Shown here: piece after piece, positions 36,919-46,810 of the stretch
Layout of the letters: each line of letters starts with the position of its first letter
Numbering within the stretch: the first letter of the stretch is position 1
Virus record (IMG/VR): IMGVR_UViG_3300031250_000001
Direction: 5' to 3' (one strand)
From: an uncultured virus (IMG/VR IMGVR_UViG_3300031250_000001)
Taxonomy: Duplodnaviria > Heunggongvirae > Uroviricota > Caudoviricetes
Length of the DNA stretch: 64,000 bases
The notes under the pieces: generated by a model
The model's input: the letters and a program-made list of their open reading frames with translations, nothing else
Told to the model about the DNA's origin: nothing
Database searches by the model: none
Position numbers and translations under genes: made by a program

Positions 36919-38215
36919 CGAGCTGACCCCCGCCGAAGTCCGGTCGATCGCATTCGACTGGCACGCGTGGGCACGGCCAAAGCAGCTCGCGCCGGCGGGC
37001 GACTGGCGGATTTGGCTTCTGCTCGCCGGTCGCGGGTTCGGTAAGACGCGCTGCGGCGCCGAGCGGATTCGGTCGAAGATCGAAGCCAGCTTGTCGGGCC
37101 GCGTGGCGCTTGTCGCGCCGACCGCCGCCGATGCCCGCGATGTGATGGTCGAGGGCGAGTCTGGGTTGATGGCGATCTGCCCGCCATGGAATCGTCCGGT
37201 CTATGAGCCATCGAAGCGCCGGTTGACCTGGCCCAATGGCGCGACGGCCACCACCTATAGCGCCGATGAGCCTGAGCGCTTGCGTGGTCCGCAGCATGAC
37301 GACGCGTGGGCCGATGAGCTTGCGTCGTGGCGCTATCCCGAGTCGTGGGACATGCTCATGTTCGGGTTGCGTCTGGGCGACAACCCGCAGTGTGTCGTCA
37401 CCACCACGCCGAAGCCGGTGGCGCTGGTGCGCGATCTGGTGAAGCGTGAAGGCATCGACGTCGCGATCACGCGCGGGTCGACCTATGAGAACCGGTGCAA
37501 CCTGGCGCCGGCGTTCTTTACGCAGATCGTCAGCCGATACGAAGGCACGCGACTTGGGCGGCAGGAGATTCATGCCGATGTGCTCGACCAGGCGGAGGGG
37601 GCGCTGTGGAAACGTGAATGGTTCGATGCGCACCGCGTGACAGTTGCGCCCCCCTTGCGGCGCATCACAGTGAACATCGACCCGGCGGCCAGCAACACGA
37701 CCGCGAGCGACGAGACGGGCATCACGGCAACGGGCGTCGGGGAAGATGGCCGCGGCTATCTGCTCGCTGACCGCAGCGGCCGCTATTCGCCTGACGGGTG
37801 GGCGCGAGCCGCGATCAGCCTCTGGGGCGAGCTCCGCGCCAACGTGATCATCGCCGAGAAAAACAACGGCGGGGACATGGTGACGAACACCATCACTATG
37901 ACCGCCCGCGAACTCGCGCGCGAAGGCGTCATCTCAACCGCGTTCGTTCCCGTCGAAACCGTTTGGGCCTCGCAAGGTAAATTCGCGCGCGCCGAGCCCG
38001 TGTCGGCGCTGTACGAACAGGGACGTATCTCGCACGTCGGGACGTTCGCGCAGCTCGAGGACCAGTGTTGCACCTGGGAGCCGAACGGCGGCGAGCGGTC
38101 ACCGGATCGGCTCGATTCGCTCGTGTGGGGCTTCACGGAGTTGATGGTCGAATCCATCGGGCCGACCGTTTCCCCCGACATTAGCATGACCCGAACCAGT
38201 CCGTGGAGTTTCTGA
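36845..38215 (+). CDS. terL: terminase large subunit
   Basis: AGRGFGKTR Walker A, AWADE Walker B, IDPA, EKNNGG, SPDRLD nuclease motifs. Confidence 0.97.
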   Translation: MQRDKNSLIESLASLDATTRHAIIDELTPAEVRSIAFDWHAWARPKQLAPAGDWRIWLLLAGRGFGKTRCGAERIRSKIEASLSGRVALVAPTAADARDVMVEGESGLMAICPPWNRPVYEPSKRRLTWPNGATATTYSADEPERLRGPQHDDAWADELASWRYPESWDMLMFGLRLGDNPQCVVTTTPKPVALVRDLVKREGIDVAITRGSTYENRCNLAPAFFTQIVSRYEGTRLGRQEIHADVLDQAEGALWKREWFDAHRVTVAPPLRRITVNIDPAASNTTASDETGITATGVGEDGRGYLLADRSGRYSPDGWARAAISLWGELRANVIIAEKNNGGDMVTNTITMTARELAREGVISTAFVPVETVWASQGKFARAEPVSALYEQGRISHVGTFAQLEDQCCTWEPNGGERSPDRLDSLVWGFTELMVESIGPTVSPDISMTRTSPWSF

Positions 38216-38225
38216 GGAGGCGGTG

Positions 38226-39497
38226 ATGGCACGACGCAAGGCAGTGGAGAAGGCCGACGCCTTCACGGAACTCGGCGCAACGGGGCTCAAGCAGTTCTCG
38301 GGCATCATCGATGATGACTTCGTGCCCGAACTGCGCAGCCCGGTGCAGCGCCACAAGCTCTATCGCGAGATCCGCGACAACTCGGCGGTCATCGGCGGCG
38401 CACTGCTCGCAACCGAGCTGCTGCTGCGCCGGGTGACCATCACGGCGAAGGCGGCCAGCGATTCGCCGCAGGACCAGGACCGCGCGGCGTTCCTGCAGGA
38501 GAATATCGAGCAGCTTGAGCAGCCGTGGGGCGCCACACTCTCGCAGGCGCTCACGATGCAAGAGCACGGCTGGTCGCTGCTGGAGAGTGTCTATAAACGT
38601 CGCGATGACGGACGCGTTGGCTGGTCGAAGTTCGTCATCCGCTCACAGGAATCGCTCGACCACTGGGAGTTCGACGACAACACGGGCGCGCTCATCGCGT
38701 TCTGGCAGCGCCCGGCGCCGAAATACAGCTTGATCCGCATTCCGGCGGAGAAGTTCCTGCTGTTTCGATTGCTCGACAACAAGGCGTCGCCGGAGGGGCG
38801 CTCACTGCTGCGCAACTGCGTGATCGCCTGGAAGTTCGTCAAGCGCATTCAATCGCTGGAGGCGATCGGCATCGAGCGCGACCTGGCGGGGTTGCCGGTG
38901 GTCTGGGCGCCGCCCGAAGTGGTCGCAGCAACAAGCGGCCAACAGCTCACCTCGCAGCAGGCCTTCAAGAAGCTCGTCACCAACATTCGTCGCGACGAGC
39001 AAGAGGGCATTCTGATGCCGCTCGCCTATAACCAGAAGGGCGAGAAGCAGTACGACCTGACACTCCTGACCTCTGGCGGGTCGCGCCAATTCGATACGTC
39101 CCAAATCATCCAGCGCTATGAGCAGCGGATGCTGCAGGCGCTGCTCTCGGATTTCATCCTACTCGGACACGAGACGGTCGGCAGCTTCAGCCTCTCGGCC
39201 GACAAGACCGACCTGCACGTGACGGCGATTGCCTCACTGCTCAGCACGGTGCTGGAGCAGTTCAACCGCTTCGCTATCCCGCGGCTCATGAAGCTCAACG
39301 GCTGGCCGCCGCCGTATCCGCAGCTGCAGCATGCCGAGATCGAGAAACCAGACCTCGCCGGGCTCGCCGACTACGTTCAGAAGCTCTCGGCGGCCGGAAT
39401 GCTCACCCCCGACGCCGATGGCGACACCGAGCGCTACCTGCGCGATGCGGCCGATCTGCCGGTCGAGGAGCAGGACAGCGAGGCGGTCAATCAGTGA
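38226..39497 (+). CDS. portal protein (DUF935-like)
   Basis: Follows terL; GWS..E.VY, PEGRSLLR, IERDLAGLP, GSFSL motifs. Confidence 0.9.
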   Translation: MARRKAVEKADAFTELGATGLKQFSGIIDDDFVPELRSPVQRHKLYREIRDNSAVIGGALLATELLLRRVTITAKAASDSPQDQDRAAFLQENIEQLEQPWGATLSQALTMQEHGWSLLESVYKRRDDGRVGWSKFVIRSQESLDHWEFDDNTGALIAFWQRPAPKYSLIRIPAEKFLLFRLLDNKASPEGRSLLRNCVIAWKFVKRIQSLEAIGIERDLAGLPVVWAPPEVVAATSGQQLTSQQAFKKLVTNIRRDEQEGILMPLAYNQKGEKQYDLTLLTSGGSRQFDTSQIIQRYEQRMLQALLSDFILLGHETVGSFSLSADKTDLHVTAIASLLSTVLEQFNRFAIPRLMKLNGWPPPYPQLQHAEIEKPDLAGLADYVQKLSAAGMLTPDADGDTERYLRDAADLPVEEQDSEAVNQ

Positions 39498-40372
39498 ACG
39501 CACGGCGAACCATCGCCAAGTTCGCGCGTGCGCAGCGGCTTGAGACCATCGCACAGCGCCGCGTGCTGGTGGCGTTCGTTGCACTCCGTGCCGCGATCAA
39601 CCAGGCGGCACTCGGCCGCGCGGTACTCGCCGGCAACGTCATCACCGTGCTGCCGCTTGAGATCCTGACCCAGCGCTTCAGGACCGAGCTGCTACGCCTG
39701 ATGCGCAACGCCTACGAGGACGCCGGCGACGAGGCCGCGCGGAAGCTGAAGGCGAAGCTCGTCCGCAAGGACATCACCTTCGAGACACGGGTCAACGAAT
39801 TTCAATTCAACGTCGTCAACGACCGCGGCCTTCGCTTCCTGCAGCAGCGCGCCGCCACACAGATCACGGGCATTATCGAGGAGACGCGCGATGCGATGCG
39901 CCAACTCCTCTCGACGATGTACGCAAGCGGCGTTCCGGTCACACAGCAGGTCGATCGCATTCAGGAGCAGGTTGGGCTGACCAGTGGACAGAGCGCGGCC
40001 GTCGAGAATCTTCGCGAGACGCTGACCGACCAGGGCGTGGCGCCGGTGCGCATCGATGTGCTGACCGCGCGAAAGGCGGACGAGCTGTTGCGACTACGGG
40101 CCTTGACGATTGCCCGCACCGAACTTGCGACTGCGCTGGCGGCTGGTCGCCGCGAGTCGTGGGAACAGGCCGCCGACCAAGGGCTGTTTACGAAGACCGA
40201 GGCGGAACGCGTCTGGTCGACGGCGGAAGATGAGGCAACGTGTCCAACCTGCGAGCCGATGGACGGCCAGCGTGTGCCGTATGATGGGCTGTTCACCACC
40301 GGTGACGGCGATCAGATCGACGACGCGCCCGCGCACGTAAATTGCCGGTGCGGCGTCGACCTTGTGTTGTGA
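39494..40372 (+). CDS. minor head morphogenesis protein (Mu gpF/SPP1 gp7-like)
   Basis: RA.TIARTE, W.TA.D..TCP.C..MDG, PAHVNCRC. Confidence 0.9.
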   Translation: MNARRTIAKFARAQRLETIAQRRVLVAFVALRAAINQAALGRAVLAGNVITVLPLEILTQRFRTELLRLMRNAYEDAGDEAARKLKAKLVRKDITFETRVNEFQFNVVNDRGLRFLQQRAATQITGIIEETRDAMRQLLSTMYASGVPVTQQVDRIQEQVGLTSGQSAAVENLRETLTDQGVAPVRIDVLTARKADELLRLRALTIARTELATALAAGRRESWEQAADQGLFTKTEAERVWSTAEDEATCPTCEPMDGQRVPYDGLFTTGDGDQIDDAPAHVNCRCGVDLVL

Positions 40373-40385
40373 GGAGGAGGGGAAT

Positions 40386-41588
40386 GTGTCGCTGCGGTTG
40401 ATGTGGTGCTCTAATAGCCCGCTTGCGAGCACGGGCTACGGCAACCAAACCAAACTCTTCGCGCCGCGCTTCGTGCGTGCCGGGCATCCGTCGGCCGTGC
40501 TGGGCTTCTACGGCGTCGAAGGCTCGATGCTGAATTGGGAAGGCATCCAGCTCTACCCGAAGCATCTCGAGCCGTTCGGCCAAGACGTCGTCGGCGCACA
40601 CGCGAAGCACTTCAACGCCGACGCGATCATGACGCTGATCGATGCGTGGGTGATGAAGCCCGAGCACTACGACGGCGTGCCGTGGATTGCCTGGGCACCG
40701 ATCGACATGGAGCCCAACGGTGATCCGCGCACCATGAAGGTGGTCGACAAGCTGCACCAGGCCGCGGTGCCGATCGCCTACAGCAAGTTCGGACTCGATG
40801 TGATGCGCGCCGGCGGTCTTGATGCGCTCTACGTGCCGCACGGCGTCGACTGCGCGGAGTTCTCGCCGATGCCGCAAGCCGAAGCACGCCAATCGCTCGG
40901 CTTCCCGCTCGATCGCTATGTCGTCGGCATGGTCGCCGCGAACAAGGGCTGGCCGTCGCGCAAGGCGCTGCCCGAGCACATGGCGGCGTTCGCGGCGTTC
41001 AAGTCGCAGCACCCCGACGCGCTCCTCTACGTGCACACCTCGCTTGGCGAGCACGGCGAATACGGTGGGGTGCCGCTGGTGACGATTGCGGCAGGGCTCG
41101 GGCTCGAGCATGGGCGCGACTGGGTCGCCTGCGATCAGTACGCGAACCTCCTCGGCTTCAGTACCGAGCACATGCGCCGCGTCTACAACGCGATGGACGT
41201 GTTCATGAACGTCAGTTGCGGCGAGGGCTTCGGTATCCCGGCGCTCGAGGCGCAGGCGTGCGGCGTGCCGGTCATCGTTGGCAACTGGACTGCGTGCCCC
41301 GAGCTGTGTTTCAGCGGGTTCCTCGTCGACAAGTGCGACGCGCAGCGCGAATGGAATCCGCTCAACTCCTGGTGGTTCCGGCCGCGGGCAGAAGCCATCG
41401 CGGCGAAACTCGACGAAGCCTACCGCGCAACCGACATGGCCGCTCGTCGAGAGCAGGCGCGGACCGGCGCGCTCGCCTACGACGCAGACAAGGTGATGGC
41501 CGAGCAGTGGCTGCCGGCGTTGGCCGAGTGCGAGGAGCGGATCAACGCGCCGGTGGAAGTGGCGCCGGCGCTTAGGAGGGCGGCATGA
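40386..41588 (+). CDS. glycosyltransferase family 4 (GT-B)
   Basis: TGYG, VPHGVD...F.P, VYNAMDVF...S.GEGFGIP.LEAQACG.PVI. Confidence 0.92.
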   Translation: MSLRLMWCSNSPLASTGYGNQTKLFAPRFVRAGHPSAVLGFYGVEGSMLNWEGIQLYPKHLEPFGQDVVGAHAKHFNADAIMTLIDAWVMKPEHYDGVPWIAWAPIDMEPNGDPRTMKVVDKLHQAAVPIAYSKFGLDVMRAGGLDALYVPHGVDCAEFSPMPQAEARQSLGFPLDRYVVGMVAANKGWPSRKALPEHMAAFAAFKSQHPDALLYVHTSLGEHGEYGGVPLVTIAAGLGLEHGRDWVACDQYANLLGFSTEHMRRVYNAMDVFMNVSCGEGFGIPALEAQACGVPVIVGNWTACPELCFSGFLVDKCDAQREWNPLNSWWFRPRAEAIAAKLDEAYRATDMAARREQARTGALAYDADKVMAEQWLPALAECEERINAPVEVAPALRRAA

Positions 41589-41830
41589 CCACGATGCTTG
41601 AAAGTGTCACTGCCTACCAATTGGAAGATCCACAGTCCGCCACTACCGTCCGATGTCCAGAACGAGTGGGGCATATCAGCGGTTGGCATCAATGGACCTA
41701 TGGCATCAGCGTACATGGCTTCACCACGGAGGCTACCGAGCATATACGACAATGCCGATGGTGTAGGCTCACTGAACGTATGGGGCTCGACACCGGCTGG
41801 CATCAAATTGAGGCGGGGGTGACGGCGTGA
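41585..41830 (+). CDS. small Cys/His-containing hypothetical protein
   Basis: ATGA/GTGA-coupled inside glycosylation cluster. Confidence 0.55.
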   Translation: MTTMLESVTAYQLEDPQSATTVRCPERVGHISGWHQWTYGISVHGFTTEATEHIRQCRWCRLTERMGLDTGWHQIEAGVTA

Positions 41831-42510
41831 AAATCCTCTGCGCGACCACCGGCGAACGCTGTCCGCGGGGGCTAGAACATGCAGAATCTCTGGATTGGCA
41901 TGAACGCAACGGCTACCTCACCGACTCTCGTTTCGGCTGGGCCAACGCCGCGAACGCGCTACTCGACCAAGCCAACGACGACGCGCTGTTTCTGGACGAC
42001 GACATCACGCTGACTCCGTCGACCTTTCACACATTCCCCGAGGTCGACCAGCACGCCGACGTCATCGGCTTTACCCTCTTCACCCGCGGCAACATCACCA
42101 GCGCCGGCTTTCACGCGCTACCCAACGGCGACTTGCGGCCGCAGGGCAACCTGATTGACCTCTTCCGCCCGAGCTATGTCGCGCACGTCACGGCCTCATG
42201 TATGTGGATCAGCCGGCAGGTTATTGATGCCGGCATCCGCTTCCCGGTCTGGCCGGGGCAGCATCACGAGGACGTCGCGTTTACCTACGAGTGTTGGCTC
42301 AAGGGCTTCCGCGTCGCCTACGTGCCGGGCGTCGTCCTGCACGATCTCGACGCCAGCATGGGCGTTGGCGCGACCAAGGCGAAGCTGGCGGACTTCAACC
42401 AACAGCGGGCGGTCAATGCGCAATGCCTGCGACAGTGGATCGCGGACAACGACGTGGCGGGCGCGGTGAAAGATGGGCGGATTCCGACGGCGTTTCGGGG
42501 GCTGGAATGA
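41827..42510 (+). CDS. glycosyltransferase family 2 (GT-A)
   Basis: LFLDDD DxD motif, HEDVAF...W..GF.V.YVP...H. Confidence 0.8.
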   Translation: MKILCATTGERCPRGLEHAESLDWHERNGYLTDSRFGWANAANALLDQANDDALFLDDDITLTPSTFHTFPEVDQHADVIGFTLFTRGNITSAGFHALPNGDLRPQGNLIDLFRPSYVAHVTASCMWISRQVIDAGIRFPVWPGQHHEDVAFTYECWLKGFRVAYVPGVVLHDLDASMGVGATKAKLADFNQQRAVNAQCLRQWIADNDVAGAVKDGRIPTAFRGLE

Positions 42511-43118
42511 CGCCGCTCGCTACTGAACTGGTCGCGCGCGGCTTCACCAGGTTCATCCCTGAACTGTTCGACCAGCAATGCGCGCTGATGCGGGCGCATG
42601 TCGACTTCACCGATCTCGCAACGCTCGAGATTGGCGCCCGCGATGGGCGGCACAGTGAGGCAGCGCTGGCCATGGGTGCATCGCAGGCAACGGCGCTGGA
42701 GCTACGACCTGGCGCTTCGCGTCGCATCGAGCGCACACGGCCCGTGCAGTTCGTCTACGGCGATTGCCGGCTGATCCATCTGCCCGGCACGTACGATGTC
42801 GTGATGGCGTACGGCATCGTGTACCACGTGCCGGACCCTGCAGCCTTGATCCGGCGGCTCCTCGGATGGTCACACGGGTGGGTGTTCCTGTCGACGCACT
42901 GTGGCGATCACGACCGAGACGCCGCTGGCGGTTATCGTGGCGAATTCCGACAGGAAGGCACCGACGACATAGACGCCGCCAACCCGGTGCCGTCACTCTG
43001 GCTGGAGCGCTCGGAGTTGCGGCGCGCGATCACCGATGCGGGTGGCCAGATCGTGCAGGAACTCGACTACATGGTCGGCGCGGTGCCGGCGGTGTGGATA
43101 GCGGTGCGGCATGAGTGA
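42507..43118 (+). CDS. class I SAM-dependent methyltransferase
   Basis: LEIGARDG motif I, YDVV.AYGIVYHVPDP. Confidence 0.85.
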   Translation: MTPLATELVARGFTRFIPELFDQQCALMRAHVDFTDLATLEIGARDGRHSEAALAMGASQATALELRPGASRRIERTRPVQFVYGDCRLIHLPGTYDVVMAYGIVYHVPDPAALIRRLLGWSHGWVFLSTHCGDHDRDAAGGYRGEFRQEGTDDIDAANPVPSLWLERSELRRAITDAGGQIVQELDYMVGAVPAVWIAVRHE

Positions 43119-44154
43119 CTATCATCGCTTCAACGGCTTCAAGATTCTCGCGCATGCCGACAAGCTGAAGCAGATCGCCGCCGGCGAGATCCCCTATCCG
43201 GTCGACCTGCATATCTACCCGAGTAATCTCTGCAACCATAGCTGCGAGTTCTGCCTCTTCATCCACAACGGCGAGCAGGACAAGCGTGAACAGCTGCCGC
43301 GCGAGCTGCTGCTGCGTGCGGTCGAGGACGCAGCGCGGGTTGGCGTGCGCCTCGTTCATTTCAGCGGCGGCGGCGAGCCGCTGATGAACAAGCACACGCT
43401 CGAGGCGATGCTGCTGGCGAACCGGCGCGGGCTCAAGGTGGCGCTGTCGACCAATGGCCGGTTGCTGATTCCCGAGGTGGCGGCCGCCGTCGACTACGTG
43501 CGTGTTTCACTGAACGCTGGGACCGCAGCGACGCACGACAAGGTCAACCACCACTTCCGTCAGGGGTCGGATTGGGCCGAGATTCTTGACGCGATCCGCA
43601 CCAGCATCCCGCACAAGCGCCAGGACTTCGGCCTCGCCTTTGTGGTGACGCCCGACAACTACCAAGAGATTTACGACTTTTGCCGCGTCGCCGCAGAGCT
43701 CGGCGTGGACTTCGTGCACATCCGCCCGGGCTATTACGCCGACAAGGCGCTCGACGCGGAGACGCGGCGGGTGATGACGGTGGCGCTCGGGCTGAGCGAT
43801 GCCGCACGCGCGGCCTTCGGGCACACGGTCAAGGTGTTCGCGATCACGGACAAATTCGAGGGGTTCTGGACGCCTCGAACCTATGACCGCTGCCGCGCCG
43901 TGTGGACTGGAACGTGTTTGACGGCGACGGGCGAGTTCGCGGTCTGCCAGGACCGCACCGACCTGCGCTTCGGCTACGACTACAAGCACGGCGCGAGCTT
44001 CGAGGACGTGTGGCATGGCGAGGAGCACCGCGCGCTGGTCGACTCGATCATCTCACCCGGCGTGCTCGATGCCTGCCCGCGCTGCGTGTGGAATCGCCGC
44101 AACGAAATCATCGACGCCGTCGAGGAGGACAGCATGAGGTTGGATCTCGTATGA
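43111..44154 (+). CDS. radical SAM protein with SPASM/twitch domain
   Basis: CNHSCEFC, FSGGGEP, STNG; C-terminal C...G...VC...CPRC. Confidence 0.93.
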   Translation: MSDYHRFNGFKILAHADKLKQIAAGEIPYPVDLHIYPSNLCNHSCEFCLFIHNGEQDKREQLPRELLLRAVEDAARVGVRLVHFSGGGEPLMNKHTLEAMLLANRRGLKVALSTNGRLLIPEVAAAVDYVRVSLNAGTAATHDKVNHHFRQGSDWAEILDAIRTSIPHKRQDFGLAFVVTPDNYQEIYDFCRVAAELGVDFVHIRPGYYADKALDAETRRVMTVALGLSDAARAAFGHTVKVFAITDKFEGFWTPRTYDRCRAVWTGTCLTATGEFAVCQDRTDLRFGYDYKHGASFEDVWHGEEHRALVDSIISPGVLDACPRCVWNRRNEIIDAVEEDSMRLDLV

Positions 44155-44792
44155 CGCTCTCGATCGTCACTCCCTGGCTCGAGCATCCCGAGCTGATTCC
44201 CGCCTACGAGGCGACCGTCGCCGGCGCCGAGGTCGTCATCGTCGACCAGGCCTCAACGCCCGACGTGGCGCGCGCGCTCGACGAGCTCGTGGCGCGGCTC
44301 GGCAGTGGCTCGCGCGTCATCCACAACGCCGAGAACGTCTATTTTGCCGCGGCGAACAACATCGGGCTTGCGGTGGCAACCGGCGACGTCGTGGTGATGC
44401 TCAACAATGATGTCACCGGCGGCAACGCCTGGCTTAGTCGGGTCGAGAAAGATACGCCCGACCTGGCACTGGTAGGTCCGACCGTGCAGGGCTTTGATGT
44501 CGACGGCGTGCTCGAGCCGTACGTCGAGGGATGGTGCGTCGCCGCCCGACGTTCCACGTGGAACATTCTTGGCGGCTGGGACGCAGAAACCTTCCCGCGG
44601 GCCTACGCCGAAGATGTCGACCTCTCGTTTCGGGCACGGGTTGCGGGCTGCCGACTCCTGCAGTCGCGCTGGCGCGTGCAGCACCTGGGAAACGTCACCA
44701 ATAGCCAGACGGCGGACGGCTATACGTTCGCGGATCGGCAGCGGGAAGTTGCGCGGCAGCGGATTCGCGACTTCAGGCGGCAGGCGGCATGA
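44151..44792 (+). CDS. glycosyltransferase family 2 (GT-A)
   Basis: SIVTP, IVDQAS, FAAANNIG, MLNND, EDVDLSFRA. Confidence 0.88.
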   Translation: MTLSIVTPWLEHPELIPAYEATVAGAEVVIVDQASTPDVARALDELVARLGSGSRVIHNAENVYFAAANNIGLAVATGDVVVMLNNDVTGGNAWLSRVEKDTPDLALVGPTVQGFDVDGVLEPYVEGWCVAARRSTWNILGGWDAETFPRAYAEDVDLSFRARVAGCRLLQSRWRVQHLGNVTNSQTADGYTFADRQREVARQRIRDFRRQAA

Positions 44793-44980
44793 CCGCAACG
44801 CTGATCACCCCCGGCGGCACAGTCTCGCTCTCCGGTAACGCGGTCGTGTTCTGCGAGTGGATTGCCTCCATGCAGCGCGACATCGAGCCAATCCGCATTG
44901 GCTCGCTGGAGTTTCATTTTGCGGGACAAAAGGTCACGGCGAAGTTGGTCCGCTCTCACTTGCTGCGGCGCGAAGAATAG
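44789..44980 (+). CDS. small hypothetical protein preceding terminator
   Basis: ATGA-coupled; GSLEFHFAG.KV beta-hairpin-like motif. Confidence 0.6.
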   Translation: MTATLITPGGTVSLSGNAVVFCEWIASMQRDIEPIRIGSLEFHFAGQKVTAKLVRSHLLRREE

Positions 44981-45048
44981 TTCTTGCGGAGGCCCGAAAT
45001 CTGTAGTAAGCGTCCGAGCAGAGTTACATAAGCGAGCTTAGCCGAATG

Positions 45049-45086
45049 AGGCCGCTCCCAGATCGCTGGGGCGGCCTTTTTCTTTT
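45049..45086 (+). terminator. rho-independent terminator upstream of capsid genes
   Basis: AGGCCGC(T)CCCAG-ATCG-CTGGGGCGGCCT followed by TTTTCTTTT. Confidence 0.8.
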
Positions 45087-45116
45087 CCAGGCTCCGACTC
45101 CGGCGCGCGAGTTGCC

Positions 45117-45515
45117 GTGGAGTGGGAGCGGGAAGTTCAGATCGCCAAAGTCGATGAGGCGCAGCGCCTGGTCTTTGGTGTGCTGTCCGAGGTCGTCAAG
45201 GCCGATGGCAGTGTAGTCGTCGACTCGCAGGGCGACGCGATCTCAACCGCCGAACTCGAGCAGGCGGCCTACGAGCACGTGGTCTGGTCGCGCCAGGCGG
45301 ACCAGATGCATGACGAGCAGCCCATCGGGAAGCTCGTCGAGTCGTTCGTCTCGACCCCCGAGAAGCGTGCGGCGATGGGCATCGGCAAGGCTGATGACCG
45401 GTCCGTCTCATGGTGGGTCGGCTACCGCGTCGAGCCTGAGGTCTTCGCGAAAGTGAAGAGTGGCGCGCTTCGCGCGTTCTCCATCGGTGGCAGCGCCATT
45501 CGGGTGCCGGCGTGA
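45117..45515 (+). CDS. XkdF-like prohead protease
   Basis: QRLVFG, VDSQGD.I...ELE.AA, MH, VK.G.LRAFSIGG. Confidence 0.85.
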   Translation: MEWEREVQIAKVDEAQRLVFGVLSEVVKADGSVVVDSQGDAISTAELEQAAYEHVVWSRQADQMHDEQPIGKLVESFVSTPEKRAAMGIGKADDRSVSWWVGYRVEPEVFAKVKSGALRAFSIGGSAIRVPA

Positions 45516-46363
45516 ATCACCTGAAGCAGCTGACTGTGCGCTTCGGCTCGCTGGTCGATGAACCAGCGAACAAGGGCGCGCGTGTGTTGCTCTTCAAGCG
45601 CGACGATGCAGCGCCGGAAGCCGTTGCGGCAGAAGCCGTCGCGAAGGTTGGCCGCAAGATGAGCGGTAGCCGCCTGAGCGCCTTCAAGGACGCGCTCAAC
45701 AAGTTGACGTCACTGTTTTCCGAGGTTGATGCGCCCGAGCCGGCGTCGGCCGCGGACCCCAATACCGAGCAATCAAAGGAGGCCCGCATGGCCGACAAGG
45801 AAGATTCGTCGAAGGTCGGGAAGGCCGACGAGAAGAAGAGCGACGCGGCGGTCGAGGCGAAGCCGATCGAGAAGGTCGATGATGCCGCGATGGCGGTGGC
45901 GCTGCAGAAGCGCCTCGAGGATCTCGAGAAGCGCGCCAACGACGCCGAGACGCGCGCCAAGTCCGCGGAGGACGTGGCCAAGGCCGAGCGCGACCAGCGT
46001 CTGACGGCCGTCTATGTCGCCAAGGCGCAGGCGCTCGCGGGCTTGTCGGTCAAGGCCGACGAGTTCGGCCCCGTGCTGAAGCGCTGCGCCGAGCTGCTGC
46101 CGGCCGAGGACTTCAAGGTGATCGAAACCGTGCTCGCCGGCGCAAGTGAAGTCGCCAAGCAGTCGAAGCTCTACGGGCAGATCGGCGCAAGCGGCAGCGA
46201 GTCGGGCGATAGCGCGACCAGTAAGCTCAACACACTGGCAGCGGAGATGGTCACCAAGAAAGAGGCGACCGACTACTCCGACGCAATCGCCAAGATCAGC
46301 GCCAATCCCGAGCACCGCGCGCTGGTCGACAACTACAGCCGGGAGTCGCGCGCCCGCCACTGA
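45512..46363 (+). CDS. capsid scaffolding protein (putative)
   Basis: SLVDEPAN.GA.V.LFK N-terminus, coiled coil; between protease and capsid. Confidence 0.7.
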   Translation: MNHLKQLTVRFGSLVDEPANKGARVLLFKRDDAAPEAVAAEAVAKVGRKMSGSRLSAFKDALNKLTSLFSEVDAPEPASAADPNTEQSKEARMADKEDSSKVGKADEKKSDAAVEAKPIEKVDDAAMAVALQKRLEDLEKRANDAETRAKSAEDVAKAERDQRLTAVYVAKAQALAGLSVKADEFGPVLKRCAELLPAEDFKVIETVLAGASEVAKQSKLYGQIGASGSESGDSATSKLNTLAAEMVTKKEATDYSDAIAKISANPEHRALVDNYSRESRARH

Positions 46364-46388
46364 GCGGTGAGCGCGGTGGAGGTGGCGG

Positions 46389-46784
46389 ATGGCGACTGAA
46401 GATCTCGGAAAATGCATGACGTTTACGGCGGGCGAGAGCCTGTCGAGCGATCAGTTCAAGATCGTCAAGCTCGACACGAACGGCGCGGTCATCAAGGCGA
46501 CCGCCAAGACCGACGTGCCGGTCGGTATTCTGCAGAACAATCCGCCCAGCGGTGGCGCGGCCAGTGTCTGCATTGAGGGTAAGTCCAAACTGATCGGTGG
46601 CGCCGCGCTGACGATCGGCGCCGAGGTTGGTGCCGATTCGCTCGGCATGGGCACGGCGATTACCGTGGCGGCAGGCGGCACGGTCTACAACTACGCCGCA
46701 GCGCGCGTCCTGGTCGCGAGCGGTGGCTCGGCGGGCGTTACTTCGGTGCTCGTCTACAACGGCGGACGTCCCCTGCTCGTCTGA
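46389..46784 (+). CDS. capsid decoration/cement protein
   Basis: AGE.L....IVK, GILQN.P..G..ASV...G; directly before MCP. Confidence 0.75.
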   Translation: MATEDLGKCMTFTAGESLSSDQFKIVKLDTNGAVIKATAKTDVPVGILQNNPPSGGAASVCIEGKSKLIGGAALTIGAEVGADSLGMGTAITVAAGGTVYNYAAARVLVASGGSAGVTSVLVYNGGRPLLV

Positions 46785-46810
46785 GCAGTGCGGTGGTGGT
46801 GGAGGCGTAG

